In this document: piece after piece, positions 53,083 through 64,000 of the stretch
Layout of the letters: every line of letters begins with the position of its first letter
Numbering within the stretch: position 1 is the stretch's first letter
The notes under the pieces: generated by a model
What the model saw: only the letters and a program-made list of their open reading frames with translations
What the model was told of the DNA's origin: nothing
Database searches by the model: none
DNA from: Felis catus
Lineage: Eukaryota
Length of the DNA: 64,000 nucleotides
Direction: 5' to 3'
NCBI RefSeq assembly: GCF_018350175.1
Contig: NC_058368.1
Location: 95,048,001-95,112,000, forward strand
Made by a program: the position numbers and the translations under genes

Positions 53083-53317
53083 GGGGCACCTGGGTGGCTC
53101 AGTCGGTTAAGCATCTGACTTTGGCTCAGGTCACGATCTCACAGTTCACGAGTTAGAGCCCCACATTGGGCTCTGTGCTGACAGCTCAGAGCCTGGAGCC
53201 TGCTTCCGATTCTGTGTCTCCCTCTCTCTCTGCCCCTCACCCACTCACGCTCTGGCTCTCGGTGTGTCTCAAAAATGAATACATATTTTTAAAAAATTAA
53301 GAAATAAAAATTAAATA
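53083..53317 (+). mobile_element. Can-SINE inserted into a MIR
   Basis: Full body; TSD aaRtactgYagctc; MIR-like sequence on both sides. Confidence 0.94.
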
Positions 53318-54337
53318 AAGTACTGTAGCTCCAGGGAGGTTAAATGGCTTGTCCAAGGTAGGAAGAGTCTTGAACCCAGGACATGCAACTCCAAGTGCAA
53401 GACCCTTAACAACAGTTATCACTGTACTAGTAGAAGTACAGGGCAGAAATGTGGGTTCGTTAGCAGGCCATTTCCTCCTGTTAGAAAGGTGAATTTTCAA
53501 AAGTACTACTAGCAAACTCCAGAAAAGCAAGACAGTTCTGTGGCCAGTGGTTAGAATGCCGACCGAATGAGGCCAAAGTCAAAAGCTCAATCCCCACAAG
53601 TGCTGGCTGTCTTCCTAGCTCTGTTTCTTGGCAAGTTGCTTTTTTACCTAACTCAGATTCCCTCCAGCTTCACCCAGGTGTCCCACAGATGTGTGCTCTT
53701 GGCCACAGAGGGGACTGGGTGAGAGTGTGGGAATGAGCAGGCTCCAGTCCGTCACCAAGACTGGGAAAACAACCCACAGTGAATGCTCCACCAATGGTGC
53801 ATGAGACATATCACCTGTGTGCATGGAAGACCGTGTTATACACTCACTCACTCACATATGCAGGAAGTATTCCACTGGATGAAAACATAAGAAAGGAAAA
53901 CAAGAGCAGACAAAAGAGGTAAAGACTAGTGTTTGCAAAAAGATGCACCTTGTACTGATTCATCAATGAGTTGATTCAGCTCATCTCATGAATGGCCTGT
54001 GATGTGCCAGGCACGGGTTTTAGGTGTTGGAGATACAGCAGTGAACAACACATGAAAAGTCTTTCCTCATGGCCTTGCATTCGAGTGGGAGACAGAAAAA
54101 ACATATAGTCTGTCAGGCTGTAAAAAGTGAGAAGGGAAACAAGTGAGGCAGTCCAGGGAGGTAGGGAGTCTTGGGGGAAAGGGTGAAGTAAATAAGGCGA
54201 TCAGAAAAAGCTTCACTGTGAAATTGACATTTGCACAGAGACCTAAGGATATGAGGAGACAATCACACGGCTGTCTGGGGAAAGAATCATCCAAAGCCAT
54301 GGAAGAGCAAGTGTGAAGACCATGCAAAGGACCCTGA

Positions 54338-54913
54338 AGACGATCCAGCAATGGCACTACTAGGGACTTACCTAAAGGCTACAAAAATACAAATTCAGAG
54401 GGGCATGTGCCCCCCAATGTTTACAGCAGCATTATCAACAGTAGCCAAACCATGGGGAGAGACCAAATGTCCACTGACTGATGAATGGATAAAGAAGATG
54501 TTGTGTATGTATGTGTGTGTATATACATACAATGGAATATTACTCAACCGCCAAAAAGAATGAAATCTTGCCATTTGCAAGGACATGGATGGAACTAGAG
54601 TATATTATGCTAAATGAAATAAGTCAGAGAAAGATAAATATGATTTATTCACATGTGGAATTTAAGAAACAGAACAGATGAACATTAGGAAGGCAGGAAA
54701 GAGCAGAAAGGGAAACAAAACACAAGAGGCTCTTAAACGATAGAGAACAGACTGAGGGCTGCTGGAAGGAGGTGGGTGGGGAAGGGGCATCAAGGAAGGC
54801 ACTTGTTGGGATGAGCACCGGGTGTTGTATGTTAGTGATGAATCACTGAATTCTACTCCTGAAACCAATATTGCCCTGTATGTTAACTAAAATTTAAATT
54901 AAAAAAAAAAAAA
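54338..54913 (+). mobile_element. Carnivore L1 3' fragment inserted into an L2
   Basis: ORF 54351..54563 resembles the ORF2 end (ALLGTY..PMFTAALSTVAK.W...KCPLTDEWIKK), followed by L1_Carn-like 3' UTR and polyA. Confidence 0.92.
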
Positions 54914-55088
54914 GACCATAAAGAGAGCACGCCTAGCATATTCACATAGCCCCAAAGGGGGGGGGGGTCAGAGAGGTGGGGATCAGAGCACAGACATGTA
55001 GGGCCACAAAGGCCATAGGACACACTTTGGCTTCTGCTGGAATGAGATGGGAAAGCATTTGAGCAAAACTGATCTCATCTGGCTTCGA

Positions 55089-55300
55089 TTTTTTTTTTTT
55101 TTAAGTTTATTTATTTTGAGAGAGACAGAGACAGCATGAGTGGGGGAGGGTCAGAGACAGGAGACAAGAGCATCCCAGGCAGGCTCCACACCGACAGCGC
55201 AGAGCTCGATGCAGGGCTGGAACCCATGGAACCCCAAGATCATGTGACCTGAGCAGAAACCAAGAGTCACCTCCTAACTGACTGAGCCACCCAGGCGCCC
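55089..55300 (-). mobile_element. Can-SINE inserted into an L2
   Basis: Body; TSD tctggcttc. Confidence 0.93.
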
Positions 55301-57345
55301 TCTGGCTTCAAGTTTTTAAAAAGTCACTTTGGCTGCTGTGTTGAGAAAGGACTATAGGGGGGCAGGAGCAGAGCAGGGAGACTGGTTGCAGGCTGGCACA
55401 GTAAAGCAGCAGGAGAGAACACTGGCTTGGCTACTCTGAGGGCCACAGAGGTGGGAGATCTGGAGGAAGTCCTCAGGCATTCTGAAGGAGGGGTCAGCAG
55501 CCTTGCAGGCGGAGCGGCTGTGATGACAGAAGAGAAGAGAAGAGTGGAGGATATAACTCTTAAGTGGTTACATGCAAGCAGCTCTAACAGTTACCAAGAT
55601 GGAGAAGATGATAATAAGAAAAGCATATTTGGGGGGGGAAAGATCCAGAATCGGGTGTTCTAAACATGTTAGGTGGGAGATACCTATTGGATCCAAGAAG
55701 AGCTACCTAACTTTTGGCATTTACTACTTGAGAGACCCAAGAGAGAGAGGTCCCGGCTGAAGAAGTGACTTGGGAAACATCCGAATACTGATCCTTTTAT
55801 GGGGCACTCTCCATCATTGCAATTAGAATGACTCTAATCGAAAGGTTTTGCAAGAACTCACCTGCTTCACAAAGCAGGGTGCCCTTGGGTATATACTCCA
55901 CTGTCATAGTCCCATGCTGAGGAGCCTGTACTGCCTCCTCCCCTTGACGTTTGTGTGGTGTGACATCTTACTTGCCCATTTCAGAGGGATTAAATGCCTC
56001 CCGCCCTCCCCTACCTTACCACATCCCCAAGAGGCAACCGCGAGGTTGCCAGCAGAGCATAGCTCAGTGGATGAGAAAAGCCTTCCCTGTGGAGTAGAAA
56101 TATCTCAGAGGTGACTTGGCTCTGGGGTACCTCAAGAGAGTAGGGGGACACTGATGCGGGAGGGCACGGCAGGATGTTTCCAGGCTCCGCCTTCCTCTGG
56201 ACACGTGAACCTCCAGGCACACCCGCTGTAGGAGGAGGACAATAAATGGTCTAAACCTGGGGCGGGGGAGGGGGGAAACCATACAGAGATCCGTGCAGCC
56301 TCTCTCTGGCTTTACATACTGCTGCAAACGGCAGATGCTTAATTAAAGCCTTTGCAATTAGTTTGGCTTGTTCCGTGATTCCTTTCTGCAAACAAATAGG
56401 ATGGGGAGAATATATTCGCTTTTGGCAGTCTAGTTCCAAAAAACTTCTTTTCCCATGATCACTCTTTTGTCCTCCTCGGAAAAGAGCTGAACCACTCTGT
56501 ACACATAGTAAAGTATCCGACTTACCTCCTCGTTCAAAACAGTATTTTTCCTTCCATTTCATATGGGAGTGCAATTACCCGTTTGCTTTTAAAGCATGAG
56601 TATTTATTTTGAATTTAATACAAGTTCTTAATTTGGGTGTCTTATTTTTATTCAGGGAAGATAACAGTCTTCCTAATTCTTGCCATCCTTCTGATTCAAC
56701 ATACTAAGCAATGTTATCCGCCTACTCAAAATGCAAATGCTATATTTTTTTAATGATGGGAAAAGCATTCACTAGACTTGGAAAGAACTTGAGGGCTGTG
56801 TGTTTGTGTATGTGTGTCACTGTGTGGGTAAATAAAGAGTTGCACTTATTGCCACTTGATAATAACCACTTATTTGAAGCCACGGGGACGGGGGGGGGGG
56901 GGGGGCGGGAAGGGGGTACCAGGTCCACTCTAAGTGGAGAAATGTGAATCATGTGTGGCTATTTCTTTCATTGATTTACCTATTCAACATTTGAGTGTCT
57001 ATATGCCAGTTCCTAGGAATTTTTAGCCTATTTAAATGTAGATGTTTTATGCAATCAATACATTCTGCAGATGGCTCCTGAGACCATGATTTTGGGTGTC
57101 TGCTGAAAATTTACATATGTGGATTACATGCATTATTGAAGAGAGTGGCCCATCTCCACAGGGGGATAGTTGCAAAACATAACGCGCTTTGGGAAGACTG
57201 TAAGTAAGAAACAGGAGCTACAATGCATCTTTATATCAAATTGGTAAAAGACAACCCAGAAATGAGGTTTTAAGACTGATATTCCATTCTTTTCTGCTTT
57301 CGGATTGTTTGGCAAAGTGCCTCATTCAAGAATATCCTAGAACCA

Positions 57346-57550
57346 GGGCGCCTGGGTGGCTCAGTCGGTTGAACATCCAACTTCGGCTCAGGTCATGATC
57401 TTGCGGTTCGTAAGTTCGAGTCCCGCATCGAGCTCTGTGCTGACAGCTCAGAGCCTGGAGCCTGCTTCAGGTTCAGTGTCTCCCTCTCACTTCCCCTCCT
57501 CTGCTCATGCTCTGTCTCTCAACAATAAATAAGCATTAAAAAAAATTTTT
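57346..57550 (+). mobile_element. Can-SINE
   Basis: Perfect 18-bp TSD aagaatatcctagaacca at 57328-57345 and 57551-57568. Confidence 0.96.
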
Positions 57551-58208
57551 AAGAATATCCTAGAACCAAAATAATAATATGGGGTGGGGGTTACTCAAGT
57601 TTCAAATAAAAGTTACCAGGTAAACAAGCATGGGTAAACCAAATTGAAATAGTGCAATTATTTTTTAACAGATAGTTTTAGGTTAATAGGTGGAGACACT
57701 GGTCTGCCACTGCTTTTAAGGTTAGGTTAATAATTAACTTTGGTGCCTGGAGTAGTTTAATCAAAGCTTACTGTAAATCATAAAACTCCATGCAGACTAA
57801 ACAGGGTATTAAAAAAATAAAACATATAAAATGCTTGCCATCTTGACCTCTGGTAGCCACTTGGAGGAGGTGTAAAAATACGATATTTTCATTCAGAATC
57901 CAGGACAGGCATCTTTACTTTTGGGGAAAAGGCCTAAATAAAGGATTCATGTGCCAAGAACCAACAGTCTCTCCCTTGCCATCGGAGAGGACTTGACGCC
58001 CCAGAAATATGTCCGAAGGAAGACCGACAATTACCAGGATTAGAGGAGGCAGAGGCACTGACCTTCCTACCCCGGAAAGACTTAACAACCAGCGCTGGGG
58101 GGCATTACATAGCTTTCCTGAGACCTGCTGGCAGAACGCCGCCGCAACAGGGTGAAACATCTTTTCAGATTTGAGGCAAAGAAAGTTGTGCGTACAAGTG
58201 CAAGCATC

Positions 58209-58211
<3 letters not shown>

Positions 58212-58239
<28 letters not shown>
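58212..58239. repeat. (TG)n microsatellite at the CpG-island edge
   Basis: Read directly. Confidence 0.95.
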
Positions 58240-60264
58240 CCGCGCACGCCTGTGTTTTAAACCTTTCATGGATCCCATTCAGCAAGTAGCAACTTGATTT
58301 CCATCCAGCGGAAGCAGAAAGCGATCCCCCCGTGGCAGTAACGGGCCACCGCATTCTCAAAGCAGCCAGCCACCTTTCTCCCAAGGACCAACTCGGAAGG
58401 GACGTTGGGGCTGCCCACTGCCGATGCAGGCCGGAGGCCGCGGCTGCAAGTGCTTGCCTTGGCTGTGAAGACAGCAGTTCCTCCCCCGCTCCATGAACAC
58501 CTGGCTCCCGTCTCCGCTCCTCCCTGAAAACCCGCCGCCGGCTGGAAAACTGCGCGTGGCACGGGGTGGGGGGCGGTGGGGGGTGCTAGGGATGCTGCAC
58601 TTGGAACTGGTACTTACAAGCCAGCGAGTCCGGGCTCCTGCCCACAGGCCACCCGTGCGTCAGCCGCTGTCCAGTGGCCGCACCAGCATCCTAAACCCTC
58701 CCCCTTAACTTCCCGCCCCCCACCCTTCCTCGACTGGTCCAGCTAGTGCAGCGCGGAGACCCTGACCAAACTGCGCACGGTGGGCGCCACTGTCTGTGGG
58801 CCAGCACCTAACTCCCCGCATCCTGGGCGGTCCACCCGCTTCCCTCCGGGTTCGGTTTCCCGCGGACTGCACAAGCTGAGCCCCAATCCTGTCGTGCCCG
58901 CCACCCCTGGCTTTCAGAGAAACTTTCCAGAAGCGCCTGGTCGGGTGACCCCGCGGTGGAAAAGGAGGCGGCGCCGGGCGGAGGGGAGTCGAGGGAGCGG
59001 GAAAGACAGCCGAATCCTGTTTCCTTTCGCGAAACGCACAAGTTCGGGACTGCTCCCTGGCTCCCCCTTTACCACTCGGGTCGTGGGAGGAGGGAGCGGA
59101 CCTCAGGATCCTGCTTTGCACCGTGTGCCACAGTGGGGAGCTGAGAAAAAAGAATCTGGAGAAGAGACACTTTCCACCCCAGCAGGGTCTTACAGGGTGG
59201 GTGGGCACTGTCGGGCTAGCTCCTGAGCGCCCCACTGTCCGCGAGGGAGCTCTCTAGGACGCAGCGATAGTTCGGACCTCCAGAACCGGTGGCCTGGGCA
59301 GAGCCCTGGTCTGGGTAGCAAGCTCTGGGTCATCTATTGCCAAGTCTTCCCACCCTTCCCCCTCAGGGACAACTCCTTTCCCTAGAGAGACCTCGTGGAT
59401 TTTGGAGGAGAGCGCAGCGGCCGCCAAGCCCCGGCGTGGCGGGCTCGGTGCTGGAGGGGGACGCAGCCGCGACAGATGCTGTCCTCGCCCGGCCAGAAGG
59501 GAGCTACGGCGGGGGACAGAACCCAGGGCGGGGGGCGCCGCGCCACACCGGGAGGAGACCGTTCCTGGGCACTCTCACTCGAGCAAACAAAGCCCGGAAC
59601 CTCTGGTGCCAGCGGCCACGAAAGCCGGGATGTCACCAAGTGGCAGGGCGCACGGGTACCAGGGCCATTACAAGTTTCCCCGCACTCCACAGAGCCCAGC
59701 CCAGACCCCGGGCGGACAACAAAAGATTCTCTTCGCTTTCCCACCGTTTCTGCGGAACCCCTTCTCCCACCCCAGAACCCAAACCTGGTGCTGGGCGAAA
59801 ACAGCGCTCTGCTGCCCAGCGTTCGCCAGCCCTCGAGGGCAGAACCCCTTCCACAGCCTTTGCACCAGGACTGGGAGCTTCTGAAAATCCCACCCTCTCG
59901 GGGCCTCTCTGCTGCCCGTTGGCCAGAAAGTGAGGACGAGCCCCGGGTCCTGTACACACATCCCCCAGCCAGGCAGCACCGCGCGGTCGCGGTCCCGGGC
60001 GGCGCCGGGCGTGTGCGCGGCGCGGGTGGGGAAGCTCGCAACACGGAGCCGGGCGGTCTCCCCGGCACAGGGCGGAGAGAAGCGGGCCGGGCTCACGACT
60101 GCTCCCCAAGGGCCCGGCAACGCACAGGAGACAGACACCAGACAAAATAAAACGCAGCTACCACAAAGCCGACAGCGCGTGCCGGCCGGCCGCGGCCCCG
60201 GGACCCGCTGGCCGGAGGCGAGCCGCCCGGAGAGGTGGGGCGCGCCGGGGCGCCCCAGCCGTAC

Positions 60265-60930
60265 CTTTTCGGTGCATCGACGGGCAGGCGGCCGGGGCTC
60301 GGAGCGCGCTGGTACAGCGAGTATCCCATTTAGTAATCCATTATCGAGGAGATCTCTCCGGGCCGCAAGCTGCGCTCTCTCCTTTGCAAGCCTTTGTCAT
60401 TCCTACATGTGTGCTTGTCTCTTTGGGGGTAACAGTCGCGGCGACTACTTTCTGGGATGCAAACGCGCTGTGTTCATCTCCAATGACAGGCGCAGAAGGG
60501 GAGAGGAAAAAAGAAAGAAAGAAAAACCAACAAGGAAGGAGTGAATGTTCAAGAAAGTCTTCTCCAGGTCCAAATTCCACTTGGATTCCACTCCGGTGAG
60601 TCCCTTCGGTGGTGTCTGCGCGGATTAACAAGTCATTTCAGGGTGGGGGGCGGGGTGGGGGCTGGGGCAGGGGGCACGCTGTAGCCCCGCTCGGCGACCG
60701 CGAGGGCTGTGCCGCGGGTGTGGCGACGCTGGCCGCTACCGCCGCTCCTAAGCGGGCATCGCGGGCGGTCGGCCCCGCGGAGAAGCGCCGCTACTGCGTC
60801 CCGAGCGCCTGGGCAGCCGAGTGCGCGGGGAGCGGAGTTGGCTGCAGCCTCACCCGGTGCCGCTCACTACTCCTCTGTCACTGGAGAGGCCGCGGCTCCC
60901 GGGCGGAGCCAAGTCCCGGACTGGATTGCG
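60265..60930 (-). other. SEMA6A: Non-coding first exon (5' UTR) of semaphorin 6A; 5' end approximate
   Basis: Minus strand reads ...GGAGAGATCTCCTCGATAATGGATTACTAAATGGGATACTCGCTGTACCAG...GCCTGCCCGTCGATGCACCGAAAAG then donor gtacgg (last exonic base 60265). This matches my recollection of the human SEMA6A mRNA leader just upstream of exon 2. It lies inside a CpG island. Identification is from memory, not a database search. Confidence 0.8.
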
Positions 60931-62323
60931 CAGAGCGGACTCTCCTCCCGCAACCCCGCCTCCTTTGGCTGGCGTCTTCTCCGACCCAAAGGAGGGCTGT
61001 GGTGTTTGTGTGTGAATGTGAGTGAGCGTGGCCGAGAGGGGGAGAACCTACGCGGCGTGGCTGCAGGTGGAGCCTTGCACCGACTGGTCAGCGAGGCTTC
61101 CTTCCACCACGGTTCCCGGCCCCGCCGCGCGGTGGGTGGAGGTCCTCGTGGGATTGACTGGGGCTGGAGCCCGCCCCTGCTTCCCCCACCCCCGCATCTG
61201 CTCTAGCAAAGAAGAAGAAGAAGGAGGAAAAAAAAAAAAAAAAATCCCGGACAGCATTGCTGAGCCCTGCCAAATCAGAAAAATAAATAAAAATAGACGT
61301 AGTGCAGGAGCGAGTTACAAGAAAGGATCTGTTCATCGATTTTCTTAAATGGAAAAGTTTTAAAGGATGAGGGTAAGTGAACGATGAGCCTTTCTAATTC
61401 TGATTACTGTATCAAGAGGTAGATTCCAGAAGTGACGCGCCCAGATGAATTGGATGAAAGCCGATACGGTTAAAAACACACACATCGAAGATACGAACAC
61501 TGCTATTAGTTAACGCGCATACGACATGTTAATAAAGCATGTTAAGTAAGCACGTAAACTGTAGTACAAAGAATGGTGTCACCAACGACAGCCACAGTCC
61601 GTTTTGAAACTTAGAAAGTGTGTGGACTGTCCTTGGAAATGTAAGTAAACTTCAGAAAGACGACGCAGACAATCCCAGTGAGAATCCAACAGCTTCGTGC
61701 GAGAAGTAAATCGCAACTTCTTACACGGCGCTATTGTTACCAAGAATGGCAGGCGCAGCCCTCCTCCACCGCGTGAACTTGCGGTCGCCAAAAAGCTTCG
61801 CAGTTACAGGTTTATGCCAACTAGTCAGGCCACACCGTGTCCCCCTCCCCCGGGCCGCTGCTCGCTCCCCGCCGCGCCCGCACACCCCGCTAACCACTGC
61901 GCGAGGTGGCCGCGGTTCCCCAGTGGGCTTCGCAGATGGTGCGGACTGGAGCCACCGCCTTTAAAGAAAGTAGCACTGGGCCACCAAGCAGTTCTCGAAG
62001 CAAAATTTCCCAGTCATGGGGTCGGCCGTGAAAAGCGCTGGGAGGAGGATCAGGGTCCCAGTTGCCCTTAGGCCGAGTGACCTCCCTCCAATAAATGTAT
62101 TAGAAACTGTACCTGTTCCCTAATGGGGACAAGGGCCCACGTTCTTTTTTCTACTGTTTCTGCTGGGAACGCAAGTTACCCACAGACATCTGCTCTTGAG
62201 GACTCACGAAGAATAAACGCACATGCGACAACACCCTGTATGTACCATATTTTTCTTGTCTACAAACCACCTGGAAAAGGTGGCGAGAACGGTGAGGCAG
62301 TCAGCCTCTGCTGTTCGCCAGAG

Positions 62324-62342
62324 CTGCCAGCAGGGGCCGCTA
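62324..62342 (+). promoter_or_regulatory. Candidate CTCF site upstream of the promoter
   Basis: CTGCCAGCAGGGGCCGCTA resembles the CTCF core CCASYAGRKGGCRS; motif only. Confidence 0.35.
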
Positions 62343-63259
62343 TCCCCACCTTAAGCAAAAGCCACAGATCCCTGGTGGCGGGGGGCGCGGTCCTAGGTGC
62401 GCGCGCAGCCCCCGCAGCACCGGAGCCGGCTCCCGGAGAAGGCACGGGGGCGTGGGGGCTTGCGGGCTGGGCTGCGCCCTCCCGCCGCGCGGATCTCTGG
62501 GATCCGGTCCGGACTGGGGGAAGTGCCCTAGCGGGCCGGGCCGGCTCGATCCTCGGCGGCGCTGTTTAACGCCCTGATTTCGGCTGGTGACGGCAGGGCC
62601 ACTGCCAAACGGGTCTTGGAGCTGGTCCGTGCGCTCTTCCCCCTCCGCCCCACCCCCCGGCGCTCCCCCTCAGCCCCTAGGTCCAGACCAAGAGGTCCCA
62701 GGGGGTTCTCCTCCAACACCTCCACCCCGCCGGGATCGTTGAGGCCCCTTCTTTGCTCCCTGCCGCTGCTTTACATGCTAATTGTGTCTGGGAAAAAAGT
62801 TCTTTAATTGGCAGAATTAGGCAGAGCAAACGAATTGTTTCACAGGCTGAACCGAATTAATTCCGGGTTTAGCTTCTTTCCTGGGAGAAACAAACAATTA
62901 AGCTGTCTTGTTTGCTTTATGGATATATTGGAAATGCCCCACATCGAGTTTCAGGATGTGTTTTTAAAGGGAAATTATTTCCATTATTAATACTTGCATG
63001 TTTAATTTGCAGTAAATCTGAGCCAAGAAGGGACAGATTAAATTTACCTAATTTTAAATTACGGAACACAAGAAGAAAAGAGTTGGAGTTAACTTTCACC
63101 GGGCTAAGAAATGCCACCCAGAATCATCCTGGCAATTGCTAGATCCCGAGGTTTCACCATCCAGTGAGGCCCCCATCTGCCCTGGCAAGGGGACCCCTGC
63201 CAGGGGAGAGACGCTCCTGGAGCTGGAAGACATGGAGGTGGGCTGTGCTTAACATTACT

Positions 63260-63450
63260 TAACAGCTGGTGACCTTGGGCAGGTCGCTCAGCTCTCAGAA
63301 GCCCCAGTGGACTCCCCTGTGTCCCCTGGACTCACTTCCCAGAGATTGTATGGATTAAATGAGATGGTGAGCATAAGCCACAAGTCTAGGGCCTGGTACG
63401 CACCGTGCTGTAAAGGTTCGCTTTAGCGTCGCTGTCATCCTTATCGTCGT
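63260..63450 (+). mobile_element. MIR
   Basis: gtgaccttgggcagg...ggattaaatgagat. Confidence 0.7.
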
Positions 63451-63874
63451 AGGCGTCAGTCAGATGGAAGCACCAGGGAAAGGGGAGGCTTGTTGTGTGT
63501 CAGTGCTGGGGACTACCCCTAACAACTCTTCCGTAAATGCGTCTGTGATGATAACACCTGCTCCCGCCCCCCACCCCCACATCACCTGAAAAGAGTGTGG
63601 AGGGTGTTTACAAAGGTAAGCTCACACAGGGATCCTTTGAAAGACCACGTCTAGTTATTTTGCCAGAAACTCTGCTTGAAGACGAAAAGCAGAGTTCTCT
63701 TGAGAGAAGAGGGGTCTTTTGGTGCTTAGCGTTCACCTTCTTGTGGGTATCCATTCCTGAGGGACCCGTGGGGAGTGCTGTTTGTACGTTCAGGCCAATA
63801 TCAATCATAATCAAGAAACCCCTCTCTCTGCAATCCCTTCTCCAAAGTTCCCTTCAACCCCCTGCTTTAAATCA

Positions 63875-64000
63875 ACAGTTTGAAAATCCATTTGTACGTT
63901 AGAATTACTGGTGAGCTTTTAAATGACACAAATACCTAGGCTCCAGAGATTCTGAATTATCAGGTGGGTGGAGGGTAGGACCTGTGCATGGTTATTTTCT
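63875..64000. mobile_element. MER5-like MITE, truncated by the window end
   Basis: ttagaattactggtgagcttttaaa...ccagagattctga pattern. Confidence 0.6.

Larger units (their letters stand above)
53958..55790 (-). mobile_element. L2 relic interrupted by an L1 and a SINE
   Basis: Typical antisense L2 text (atgtgccaggcac...ggagatacagcagtgaacaa; aagtcactttggctgctgtgttgagaa). Confidence 0.75.
1..60264 (-). other. SEMA6A: Probable long first intron of SEMA6A (coding exon 2 outside the window, to the left)
   Basis: Downstream of the donor at 60265. I found no SEMA6A signal-peptide or Sema-domain exon in the window; the region is repeat-interspersed non-coding DNA. Confidence 0.7.
58200..62750. promoter_or_regulatory. 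SEMA6A: CpG island / SEMA6A promoter region
   Basis: Sharp rise in GC and CpG density (cgcg, gcggc, ccgg runs, GC boxes), free of interspersed repeats, with an AT-richer dip near 61.2-61.65 kb; surrounds the recognised first exon. Confidence 0.9.

Noticed and set aside
58266..62807. Many long overlapping ORFs (up to 251 aa) in the GC-rich region
   Set aside because: Expected from stop-codon scarcity in a CpG island; Arg/Gly/Pro/Ala-rich, on both strands, with no recognisable domain.
1..64000. Prokaryote-type systems (CRISPR arrays, operons, defence islands) or an endogenous viral gene
   Set aside because: The sequence is mammalian intronic/promoter DNA; I saw no regularly spaced repeat-spacer array, LTR pair or viral ORF.

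Overview
Mammalian genomic DNA from a feliform carnivore, most likely a cat (Felidae), judged by the many SINEC_Fc-type Can-SINEs and carnivore L1 3' ends. No intact protein-coding exon can be supported. A large CpG island at about 58.2-62.75 kb contains a minus-strand exon ending in ...GTCGATGCACCGAAAAG|gtac at 60265. I recognise this from memory as the non-coding first exon of SEMA6A (semaphorin 6A), so positions 1-60264 are probably its long first intron and the coding exons lie left of the window. The intron holds about 30 Can-SINEs (many with target-site duplications, two nested pairs, one dimer), three L1 3' fragments, old L2/MIR/MER5 relics, microsatellites and repeat-poor blocks that may be enhancers. 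Observations worth checking are a chain of tightly stop-start-coupled uORFs in the SEMA6A leader, plus-strand splice donors suggesting a divergent/antisense lncRNA, and a speculative cluster of exon-shaped minus-strand segments at 3.2-7.2 kb whose translations show kringle-like motif spacing (possible decayed nested gene; needs an HMM test). I cannot claim a new biological system with confidence. Coordinates of old repeats are approximate.
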